A DNA stretch of 64,000 nucleotides from Actinomycetes bacterium (lineage in GTDB: Bacteria; Actinomycetota; Acidimicrobiia; Acidimicrobiales; Bog-793). Shown in pieces: positions 38,569 through 46,695 of the stretch (position 1 is its first letter; every line of letters starts with the position of its first letter). Where the stretch lies: positions 15,246 to 79,245 of the forward strand of contig JAJZKA010000001.1 in NCBI GenBank assembly GCA_021809805.1, read 5' to 3'. The notes beneath the pieces are model-generated. The model searched no databases, was not told the origin of the DNA, and saw only the letters and a program-made list of their open reading frames with translations. Position numbers and translations under genes: made by a program.

Positions 38569-39107
38569 TATATCCGCTCAGGTACAGCGCACCCGTATCT
38601 TGTGGTCGGTGACCGGTCGCTGCGCGGGAGTCGTCTATGTGGCGACCTGCCAGGAGTTCATCGCTGGTTCCGCGACGAGACCGCAGGTCGCCCCTCGACC
38701 TTGCAGCGAAGTGGCGACATGGGCCCGCGAACGACGCGACGCCTGGCCCTCGGGCCGCGAGGGTGAGGTGCTCGAAGCTTGCATCACCGCCACGAAAGAG
38801 CACTCGTCCCGCCGAGGACCACCGGGCCGCAGTTCGAGATCGAGGACCGCGTCTCACCCGGCCGGAGCGCCGGGTCGACCCGATCGCCGTGCAGGCAAAG
38901 CCAAACAGGGTGACCGGTGTGGCCGGAATCGCCCCCGAAGGAACGCCGGAGCCCGCTGGGACTGATCGCGCCCGCGTTGCGGGCCGTCTCGGAACCCGCC
39001 ACTCAAGGCAAAGCCACCTGCAGGTCGAGCTGCTTCAGATCCCTCGAGTCGTGGTCAAACCTGACCGCGCCAGGACAGTGTTGCCGACAGCGATCGCCGG
39101 ATTGCCC

Positions 39108-39689
39108 TCAGCTCGCCGCGTCCAGTCCGTTGAGCCAGCGCTCGATTCTGGCGAGGTCATGCTCGGTGAGCCCACAGCGCGGATCGGGCGCGTAGAGCAG
39201 GTTCGGAATCTCGAGGGCGCCTGCCCACTGGCGTGGGGTGAGCCCGTGCGCGTCGGGCCAATCCAGCGCGTCATCGTCGAGCCACACAAAGGGCCGCTGC
39301 TCCTGTTCGACGATGCAACGGATCTGGGCGAATTTCCAGTTGGTGAGCGCCGCGGTGGCCTCCAGCGGGAGGCGCGCTGCGACATGGAGCCCGGCGGGGA
39401 GGCCGACGAAGGGCGTCACATCACGATCGATGGTGTCGCTCCACGTCGTTGCCCAGCAGATCTCGACGGGAAGGCGCGCCAGGCGGGCGCCCATGGCGGG
39501 GGAGAGGCGGAGCGGGAACCCCCGCGCCTCGTGCAGCGAGAAGTCCGCGAACGTGCCTGGGCGTGGCCCGTCCCAGGCGTAGGGGTTGAGGACCCCATCG
39601 ACGTCCAAGAACAACAGTGCCAGAATCTGGCGGAGCGCAACACTGGCATCCGGGTTGGGGGGCGAGCTGGACACGGCGCTCGATTCCAT
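39108..39689 (-). CDS. HAD-superfamily phosphatase-like protein (resembles the HAD domain of RNA-repair 'Swiss army knife' proteins)
   Basis: Motif I LFLDVDGVLNP; later WLDDD. ATG 39689 chosen within ORF 39108..39800. Confidence 0.6.
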   Translation of the reverse strand: MESSAVSSSPPNPDASVALRQILALLFLDVDGVLNPYAWDGPRPGTFADFSLHEARGFPLRLSPAMGARLARLPVEICWATTWSDTIDRDVTPFVGLPAGLHVAARLPLEATAALTNWKFAQIRCIVEQEQRPFVWLDDDALDWPDAHGLTPRQWAGALEIPNLLYAPDPRCGLTEHDLARIERWLNGLDAAS

Positions 39690-39733
39690 CACGCCGGGAT
39701 CAGCGACGCAGCTGGTTCGTGCTCGGCCGGCAC

Positions 39734-40762
39734 TCAGGGGGCCGCCGGCGCACCGGCGAGGAGCGCCTCGACCTCGAGAAGCGGAAGCCGCGCCCACCAC
39801 CGGTCGGGTCGAGCTTGTTCTGGATCGGCCTCCCGGTGGGAAGCGGCCCAGCGCTCCGCGAAGGCGGGGGCCCCGGTCCCCGGCGCCACGGACTCGAGCG
39901 AGAAGAGGTTGCGGATCAAGATGGCCGCGAAGACTTCAGGCTCGCGATCGAGCCGCTCCAACCTGGCGAAGCGATCGAGTGAATGGCGGGCAAGCACGAG
40001 CGCTTCGTCGAGGTAGCGCTGCTCGCCGGACATCTCGGCGAGCGCCACGCCGGCACCGATCATCGCGCCCTGGTTGTAGCTCCACTCAGTGGGCTCGAGC
40101 GCGCCGTCCGGACGGATGTGGTCGCCATACAGCCCGCTCGGGCGCAGCAGAGCCTTTGTGGTCCAGTGATAGATGCGCTCGGCCCAAGCGCGAGCGGAGT
40201 CGTCGCGCCCAATGCGCGCGACCCTGGCCGCCAACGCGGCGGTTGGGGCGTTGGCGCACGTGTTGCGGCCACCGCGATTCGGCGCCTCGTGCCAGCAGAT
40301 CCCACCGGGCACCGCCCAGTCGGCCCGCTCGGACCAGCCCGAGACGCAGAATGCGAGCACTCGCTCGGCGAGCTTGAAGAACGCGTCACCGCCGCTCAGC
40401 GCGTGCTCCCGCAAGGCCGCGAGGCCGATCCAGGCATTGTCGTCGTAGTAGCGCGCACCGCCAGGTCCGAGCGGCGGCCGGACCGCGGCCTCGAGGCCGA
40501 GCGCGCCGGAGCCGGCGAGATCGCCGGAGCGGGCGTAGCACGCGAGGCCGGTGAGCCACGCCCCGCCACCCCGGGCGCCGGGGGTTCCCGCCGCGGCATC
40601 GAGGGCGCTCGCCGCCGACCAGGCGGCGCTGTAGGGCCACAGGTACTCATAACGCCATCGGCGAAAAGGGCGGGCGGTGCCATAGAGGTGGTGGCGAGGA
40701 TCGAGGTGGCGGTGCTCGAGCGCGCGCCACTCATCGAGCGCGACATCGAGCGAGCCCGTCAT
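39734..40762 (-). CDS. Glycoside hydrolase family 76-like (alpha-1,6-mannanase-like) protein
   Basis: ARYYDDNAWIGLAAL, NTCANAP and EWSYNQGAMIGAG. The start overlaps the ClC stop (ATGA). Confidence 0.7.
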   Translation of the reverse strand: MTGSLDVALDEWRALEHRHLDPRHHLYGTARPFRRWRYEYLWPYSAAWSAASALDAAAGTPGARGGGAWLTGLACYARSGDLAGSGALGLEAAVRPPLGPGGARYYDDNAWIGLAALREHALSGGDAFFKLAERVLAFCVSGWSERADWAVPGGICWHEAPNRGGRNTCANAPTAALAARVARIGRDDSARAWAERIYHWTTKALLRPSGLYGDHIRPDGALEPTEWSYNQGAMIGAGVALAEMSGEQRYLDEALVLARHSLDRFARLERLDREPEVFAAILIRNLFSLESVAPGTGAPAFAERWAASHREADPEQARPDRWWARLPLLEVEALLAGAPAAP

Positions 40763-42615
40763 GCCGACTCGCTCAGCATGACCTCACCGACGGCCACCTC
40801 GAGTCGCAGTGCTGCGCGATAGGCGGTGTTGACGTCGCTCAACGACAGCGTGCCGATGACGCGACGCTCGTCGTCGACGACGGTCACCCATCCGGCCACC
40901 GAGGTTGCCAGCGCGTCGAGGCCGACCTCCAAGGTGGCATCGCCGCGCAGCGTCTGGGCAGTGGCGTCCGCGTAGCGCGCCGCGGGATCCTCACCGTTCG
41001 CGCCGTTCAGGCGGAAGCCCTCGATCGTGCCGGCGAAGCGCTGCTCATCATCGAGCAGCGGTGCACCTCGCACCGCCTGCTCGCTAAGGTGGCGTCGCGC
41101 CGTCGCAACGTCGTCGCCAGCGCCTAGGGTGCAGCGCACCGTGCCCATCGCGTTGCGCACCGGGAGGGTCGTGAGCAGTGGGATCGGCGCGTTGCGCGCC
41201 GCGGTGATCTCGGAGCGGTTGCGCGGCTGGCTGCGGTAGATGGTGTCATCGCCACGGCTGACGATCAGCGTCGCGATGCCGACGGCGACCATTGCGGGTC
41301 CAAGAACCGAGAGGTTCCCAGTCATCTCCGCGACCATGAGCATCACGGCGAGCGGGGCGCGGGCGATCGAGCCAAAGCAGGCCATCATCGCGATGATCAC
41401 GTAGGGCGCCGGGTGGTCGCCAAGGGCCGGCAGCACCCCGAGGAAGACTCGCCAGAAGGCTGCGCCGAGAAAGGCGCCGATCACCAACCCCGGCCCGAAG
41501 ATGCCGCCCGATCCGCCCGAGCCGATCGAGAGCCCCGTCGCGATGATACGAACGAAGGGCACGACGAGCACCGTCCACAGCGGCAGGCCGAGCAGGCCGT
41601 GTGCGGTGAGGACTCTCTGCACGTAGCCGTACCCGGTGCCGAGCGTCTCGGGAATCATGAGGCCGATCAGCCCGACCAGTAGGCCACCGAGCGCCGGGCG
41701 AAGGCCGCGGGGAAGCGATAGGCGGGAGAACAGCCCGGCAATACCGTAGAAGCCCTTCGCATAGAGCAAGCCGACGATGCCGCATACGACGCCGAGGAGC
41801 GCGAACCACCCGAGCTGGTAGGGGCTCTTGAACGTGTAGGCGGTCACGCCGAAGACCGGGACGAAGCCCTCGACGCCCGAGAAGATGGCGTAGGCGACGA
41901 TCGATGCGACGAAGGCGGGGACAAGGACGGTCGGATCGACGTCCTCGCGATAAACGATCTCGCTCGCCAGCACGGCTCCACCGAGTGGCGCGCGGAAAAT
42001 GGCGCCGATGCCGCTGCCGATCCCGGTCGACACCGCGATCCGGGCGTCTGCTGGGGAGAGGTCGAGGAGGCGGGCGAGCAGCGAGCCGAAGCCGGCGGAG
42101 ATCTGGCCGGTCGGGCCCTCGCGGCCGCCCGAGCCCCCCGAGCCGATCGTGATCGCCGAGGCGACGAGCTTCACGATCACCGCGCGGAAGCGGATGCCGC
42201 GAGGATTGTGGTGAACCGCGTGGATCGCAGCGTCGGTGCCGTGACCCTCGGCCTCCGGCGCGATCGAAAAGACGAGGAGGCCAGCGACCAACGCACCACC
42301 GCCGACGACGAGCGGGATCGCCCAGGGGCGGGTGAAGTGGCCCGAGGCGAGGCCGCCGCCCTCACCGGCGGGCGCAGGGGGGCGCCACCCGCCGATCGTG
42401 CCGAGGAGGAGGTGGGTGGCCATGGAGAGGGCGCTATAGAAGGTGATCGCACCGAGCCCGGCAATGGCACCGATCGTCACGCCGAGGATGATCCAGCGTC
42501 GGAGGTAGGAGAGCCGGTTGAGGCGGGCGCCGAGATTGGCGGAATGACGGCGAAGGAACCGTCCCGTGCCGAGCCAGGGAGCGGCGGGGAGCTCGCGCCG
42601 GCTCAGAGCTGCCAT
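40759..42615 (-). CDS. ClC-family chloride channel/antiporter with C-terminal CBS pair
   Basis: GSGGREGP and GGSGGIFGP selectivity motifs, more than 10 TM segments and a CBS-like C-terminus. ATG 42615 chosen (MAALSRREL). Confidence 0.9.
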   Translation of the reverse strand: MAALSRRELPAAPWLGTGRFLRRHSANLGARLNRLSYLRRWIILGVTIGAIAGLGAITFYSALSMATHLLLGTIGGWRPPAPAGEGGGLASGHFTRPWAIPLVVGGGALVAGLLVFSIAPEAEGHGTDAAIHAVHHNPRGIRFRAVIVKLVASAITIGSGGSGGREGPTGQISAGFGSLLARLLDLSPADARIAVSTGIGSGIGAIFRAPLGGAVLASEIVYREDVDPTVLVPAFVASIVAYAIFSGVEGFVPVFGVTAYTFKSPYQLGWFALLGVVCGIVGLLYAKGFYGIAGLFSRLSLPRGLRPALGGLLVGLIGLMIPETLGTGYGYVQRVLTAHGLLGLPLWTVLVVPFVRIIATGLSIGSGGSGGIFGPGLVIGAFLGAAFWRVFLGVLPALGDHPAPYVIIAMMACFGSIARAPLAVMLMVAEMTGNLSVLGPAMVAVGIATLIVSRGDDTIYRSQPRNRSEITAARNAPIPLLTTLPVRNAMGTVRCTLGAGDDVATARRHLSEQAVRGAPLLDDEQRFAGTIEGFRLNGANGEDPAARYADATAQTLRGDATLEVGLDALATSVAGWVTVVDDERRVIGTLSLSDVNTAYRAALRLEVAVGEVMLSESA

Positions 42616-43079
42616 TCGAGCAGGTCTTGTTGTGCGAACACCTCGCCTGCTGCCTCGGCGAGCTGGGAGAGTGCGCGCAGCACTTCGGACCGTGCCGGGA
42701 TCGCGAGCGCTTGGACGAGTACGGCGATCTCCGCGCGGCGGCGCTCGCTCACCTCGGCTACAAGGCGGCGCCCCGAAGGCGTGCACTGCAGGCACACCTG
42801 GCGGCGGTCGCTCGGATCCTCGGAGCGGGCTACGAGCCCCTTGCGCACAAGGCGATCACACATCCGCGTCGCCGTCGAGGGGGCGACCGCCAAGGCGTCG
42901 GCAAGGCCGGACAGTCCCTGGGGGCCGCGCAGGGCGAGTAACACGAGCACCCGGTACTGCGGCAAGGTGACCTCGTCCGCGACGCCGGCCAACGATCGCG
43001 CTGCGACGGCCACGAGCGCTCGACTGGCGAGCAAGACCCCCTCGACGACCGCGTCGTCGGAGGGGTCAGTTGTAGACAT
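42603..43079 (-). CDS. MarR-family transcriptional regulator
   Basis: LPQYRVLVLLALRGPQGLSGLADALAVAPSTATRMCDRLVRKGLV...DRR. Its stop overlaps the ClC start by 13 nt. Confidence 0.9.
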   Translation of the reverse strand: MSTTDPSDDAVVEGVLLASRALVAVAARSLAGVADEVTLPQYRVLVLLALRGPQGLSGLADALAVAPSTATRMCDRLVRKGLVARSEDPSDRRQVCLQCTPSGRRLVAEVSERRRAEIAVLVQALAIPARSEVLRALSQLAEAAGEVFAQQDLLEWQL

Positions 43080-43099
43080 GCAAATATTGTAGGACGCCC

Positions 43100-44425
43100 T
43101 CAGGTCTGCCGCACATGATGGCCGTTGCGCGACCCCCCGTGGAGCCGCTGGGTCGCCTGCGCCACGACCGTGGCGCTCAAGTGCCGGGCGGCGCTTGCGA
43201 GGAGCGTCGGCGCGCTCGCTGCGAAACTGGACAGGCCAGAGAGCGACTCGGGCGCATGGGCGAGCACCCCAGGGACGTCGGCGAGGACCGCGGGGATCTG
43301 GGCGACGACCGCTGGCAGGTGACGCGCTGAGGCGCTCGCTGGCTTGCCGTTCTTTGATACGCCACCGCTACGGTGCACGAAGCGGTAGCCAGCCATCGCC
43401 CCGGCAAGCGCACCCGCGCCGAAAAGGCGCCGGTGTTCGCTCACGAAGAGCTCCACGCTGTGAGGGTGGGAGCGGTCGTCGAACACGCCGTGTGCTCCAT
43501 CGTCCTCACCGTCTGCGCCATCGAGAGGCGCGAAGAGATTGCCGCCCTGGTGGGCTGAGGTGGGCTGGTCACTCTGCTGGGAGCCAAACCCAGTGCGCGC
43601 GAGGTAACGGTCAAGGAGCGCCGGGGCGACCTTCTGGGCGCTTAGCGTCGCTGCGGTCGTGGCCCCCACCCAGTACTGCTTGCGGCCGGGCCGCAGGGCG
43701 GCGTGAAGGACCGCTCGGGCAGCGACTTCGGGCTGGTAGATGGGCGGCACGGGCTGGGGATGGTGGGAGAGGCGCGATCGCACCCAGGAGAACTGGGGGG
43801 TGTTCACCGCCGGCATCTGCACCACGGTGACCCGGATCTTGCTCTTCTCATGCATCAGCTCGCAGCGCAGTGACTCGGTGAAGCCGTTGATTGCATGCTT
43901 TGCGCCGCAATAGGCGGACTGCAGTGGGATGGCGCGCTCACCGAGCGCGGATCCGACTTGGACGATCGTCCCCTCGCCGCGCTCGCGCATGCTCGAGAGC
44001 GCGACCATGGTGGCGTTGACGAAGCCGAGATAGCTGACCTCGGTAACCCGGCGAAACTCTTCGGGCGAGATCTCCCAAAACGGCGCAAAGACCGAGGCGA
44101 ACGCCGCGTTCACCCAGACGTCGATGGGACCGAGCTCGCGCTCGATGCGCGCGTGGATATCTCGCAATGCCGCGACGTCGGCCACGTCGCAGGGATATGC
44201 GGCACCTGTCCCGCCGCCCTTTTCGATCTCTGCCAGGGCGCCGTTGAGTCCGGTGATGCCGCGGGCGATGAGAGCGACCTTTGCGCCGCGCTGTGCGAAG
44301 GCCTTTGCGCTGGCGCGCCCAATGCCTGCGCTCGCACCGGTGACCACGACCACCTTGCCTGTTAGCTGCTGCACGCTCCTGCCCACCCTCTCTGTGCTGT
44401 CTTGCCGGCAACAACTGGTCCCCAT
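43100..44425 (-). CDS. Short-chain dehydrogenase/reductase with a ~170-aa C-terminal extension
   Basis: GKVVVVTGASAGIGRA, NAA and YCGAKHA. The start is either ATG 44425 or an internal GTG. Confidence 0.85.
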   Translation of the reverse strand: MGTSCCRQDSTERVGRSVQQLTGKVVVVTGASAGIGRASAKAFAQRGAKVALIARGITGLNGALAEIEKGGGTGAAYPCDVADVAALRDIHARIERELGPIDVWVNAAFASVFAPFWEISPEEFRRVTEVSYLGFVNATMVALSSMRERGEGTIVQVGSALGERAIPLQSAYCGAKHAINGFTESLRCELMHEKSKIRVTVVQMPAVNTPQFSWVRSRLSHHPQPVPPIYQPEVAARAVLHAALRPGRKQYWVGATTAATLSAQKVAPALLDRYLARTGFGSQQSDQPTSAHQGGNLFAPLDGADGEDDGAHGVFDDRSHPHSVELFVSEHRRLFGAGALAGAMAGYRFVHRSGGVSKNGKPASASARHLPAVVAQIPAVLADVPGVLAHAPESLSGLSSFAASAPTLLASAARHLSATVVAQATQRLHGGSRNGHHVRQT

Positions 44426-44704
44426 CCGCGCTCCCGCCTAAGGGGCCTGGCACTCATCCAGTGCGCCTTCCTCCCGCCTTCCCGCCGGGCCGCGCGACGA
44501 AACGGACACCGAGATACCCGGGCGCGAGGGGCTTCCCATGCGGGCATGGCCCGGCATCGTCGCCGGGGAGGGCCTGTGCCCAAAGGCACATTGATCGCCG
44601 GGGAGAGGTCGCGGTGACCCGAGCGATGGGTACCCAATGGGACGGAACCAAGCCCGGACTGCGGTCAGCGGGTGTGACCCAACAGACTCAGGAAGGAGAC
44701 GCTG

Positions 44705-45493
44705 ATGGCACTCGAGCAACCCTTTGGGGCCGCACCCCAGCAGCTAGGTCCCGAGGACAACGCCGCCAAGCTGTACCAGCTCCAGATCGGCGAAGGCGAG
44801 GTCGCCTGGCGTTCGCGAGCGCGGGTCGTTCTCACCCCGATGGCGGCTCCGTCGATCATGGGTCTGTTCGGCTTCGCGATCGCGACGATGATGGTCGGCG
44901 CATGGCAGGCCGGCTGGTACGGGGGCGCGGCCACCGGCGCAATGTTGTGGCCGTTCGCCCTCTTTGTGGGCGGCGTTCCCCAGATCATCGCCGCCATCGC
45001 CTGCCTGCGTGCGCGCGACGGCGTCGCCGTTGCCGTGCACACCGTCTGGGGCGCGTTCTGGATTGGCTGGTCCGTGCTCCAGATCCTCGTCGTGACCCAC
45101 ATGGTCCCCGCGATCCCCTTCAGCGGCTACCACCCGGCGATCGGCTTCTGGTTCATCGGGCTCGCGGCCGTGACGATTTCGGCGTGCCTCGCGTCGCTCG
45201 GAAAGAACTTCGCCATGTTCGTCACGCTCGGCACGCTCGCGGCTGGCTCATCGTTGACCGCAGCGGGGTGGTGGTCGGCCAGCCATGGCGTGCTCGTCGC
45301 CGGCGGATGGCTGTTCTTTATCTCCGCCGCCTGCGCCTGGTACGTAGGAACGGCGATGATCCTCGAGAACGCCTTCGGTCGGACGATCCTGCCGCTTGGG
45401 CATTACTCCAAGGCCGCCAACGTTCCCGGTGCAAGGCCCACCACGCCGATCGCCTTCCCCGAGGGCATGCCCGGGGTCCGCGTCGGCCAGTAA
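44705..45493 (+). CDS. GPR1/FUN34/YaaH (SatP-like) acetate/succinate channel family protein
   Basis: Six TM segments, with the family-like AAPSIMGLFGFAIATMMVG near the N-terminus. GGAAGGAG lies upstream of the ATG. Confidence 0.8.
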   Translation: MALEQPFGAAPQQLGPEDNAAKLYQLQIGEGEVAWRSRARVVLTPMAAPSIMGLFGFAIATMMVGAWQAGWYGGAATGAMLWPFALFVGGVPQIIAAIACLRARDGVAVAVHTVWGAFWIGWSVLQILVVTHMVPAIPFSGYHPAIGFWFIGLAAVTISACLASLGKNFAMFVTLGTLAAGSSLTAAGWWSASHGVLVAGGWLFFISAACAWYVGTAMILENAFGRTILPLGHYSKAANVPGARPTTPIAFPEGMPGVRVGQ

Positions 45494-45514
45494 CCCCGCT
45501 CGGCTGGGTCCCCT

Positions 45515-45542
45515 CGTGCCGGCCGCTTTCGCGGCCGGCACG
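45515..45542 (+). terminator. Perfect 12-bp-stem hairpin after the satP-like gene
   Basis: cgtgccggccgc-tttc-gcggccggcacg, 22 nt after the stop. Confidence 0.75.
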
Positions 45543-45789
45543 ACCCGGCGCGTTCGGCAAAACCACCGTGGGCGACTCAGCGCGCACGGCGCCTTGCCCG
45601 GATGACCGCCCGCTGGGCCGGACAAGGCGACTTCAGTGGGCGGCGCCGAGCCGGAGTCCGCAACGTCCTTGCTGGGGGACCGCCCTCGCGGTAGGGGCCA
45701 ATGAACGGATTCGGCATCCCGCCACTCCGAGCATGCGGTCGACGTGCACGAGATGCACCGCAGATGCGGCAGCTTGCTAGCCTCTCGTC

Positions 45790-46695
45790 ATGCATCCTCG
45801 GCGTTGGAAGCTCCGCCCGCGGTTCCTGGCCGCCCTGATGGCAGGGACGGTCGCGCTGGTCGTCGTCCAAGGCGGCGCAGCAGGGGCGTCCAGAGCGCGG
45901 GGGGCGGTCACGGTCTTGTACGCCGGATCACTCCTCGATCTGATGCAGAACCGGATCGGCCCCGCCTTCTTGCGCGCGTCGGGCGACACGCTGAACGGCA
46001 CGGCTGGTGGGTCGAACGAGCTCGCGCATGAGATCGTGGCGGGCACCCAGCGCGCCGACGTCTTCATCAGCGCGTCCCCATCGATCAACGCCGACTTGGA
46101 GGGCCCTCGCGGCGGCAGATTCGTCTCGTGGTATACGACCTTTGCGACCTCGCGGCTATTGCTCGCCTACAACCCGCACAGTCGTTTCGCTCGGGCGCTG
46201 CGCACCGAGCCGTGGTGGAAGGTCGTGACTAAGAAGGGTTTCTTGCTCGGACGCACGGATCCGGCGACCGATCCCAAGGGCAAGCTGGCCCTCGATGCGC
46301 TGAGACAGGCCGCGCGCCAGCACCACGACGCCGCACTTTCGGCCATGGCGCGCTCGACGAGCGGGGTCTTCCCCGAACAGACGCTCGTCGGTCGCCTCCA
46401 GGCCGGCCAGCTCGACGCGGGTTTCTTCTACGCCGTGGAAGCCAAGGCGGCGAAATTGCCGACCATCCCGCTGCTCGGGAGCAATCGCTCGGCGGCCTAC
46501 ACCTTGACCGTGCTCAATCGGGCGCCCGATCCATCGGAGGCTGAGCGTTTTGTCAGCTTCCTGCTCGGCGCGAGCGGTCGAACAATCCTCGCCGAGAATG
46601 GCTTACAGGTCGTGCGCCATCTTCGCGTCGTCGGCACGAGCGCCGCCGTGCCCAACGGGTTGCGGCGCTTGTTGTCGCTCGGCACCCGCGGGTGA
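45790..46695 (+). CDS. Periplasmic solute-binding protein, molybdate/tungstate (ModA/WtpA)-like
   Basis: Signal-like N-terminus. VTVLYAGSLLDLM, GGSNELAHEIVAG..RADVFISASP and TDPATDPKG. Confidence 0.7.
   Translation: MHPRRWKLRPRFLAALMAGTVALVVVQGGAAGASRARGAVTVLYAGSLLDLMQNRIGPAFLRASGDTLNGTAGGSNELAHEIVAGTQRADVFISASPSINADLEGPRGGRFVSWYTTFATSRLLLAYNPHSRFARALRTEPWWKVVTKKGFLLGRTDPATDPKGKLALDALRQAARQHHDAALSAMARSTSGVFPEQTLVGRLQAGQLDAGFFYAVEAKAAKLPTIPLLGSNRSAAYTLTVLNRAPDPSEAERFVSFLLGASGRTILAENGLQVVRHLRVVGTSAAVPNGLRRLLSLGTRG

Noticed and set aside
38637-40016. 459-aa plus-strand ORF
   Set aside because: Over most of its length it is antisense to the HAD-like and GH76-like genes. Its 5' part lies in the unassigned spacer but shows no protein-like pattern.
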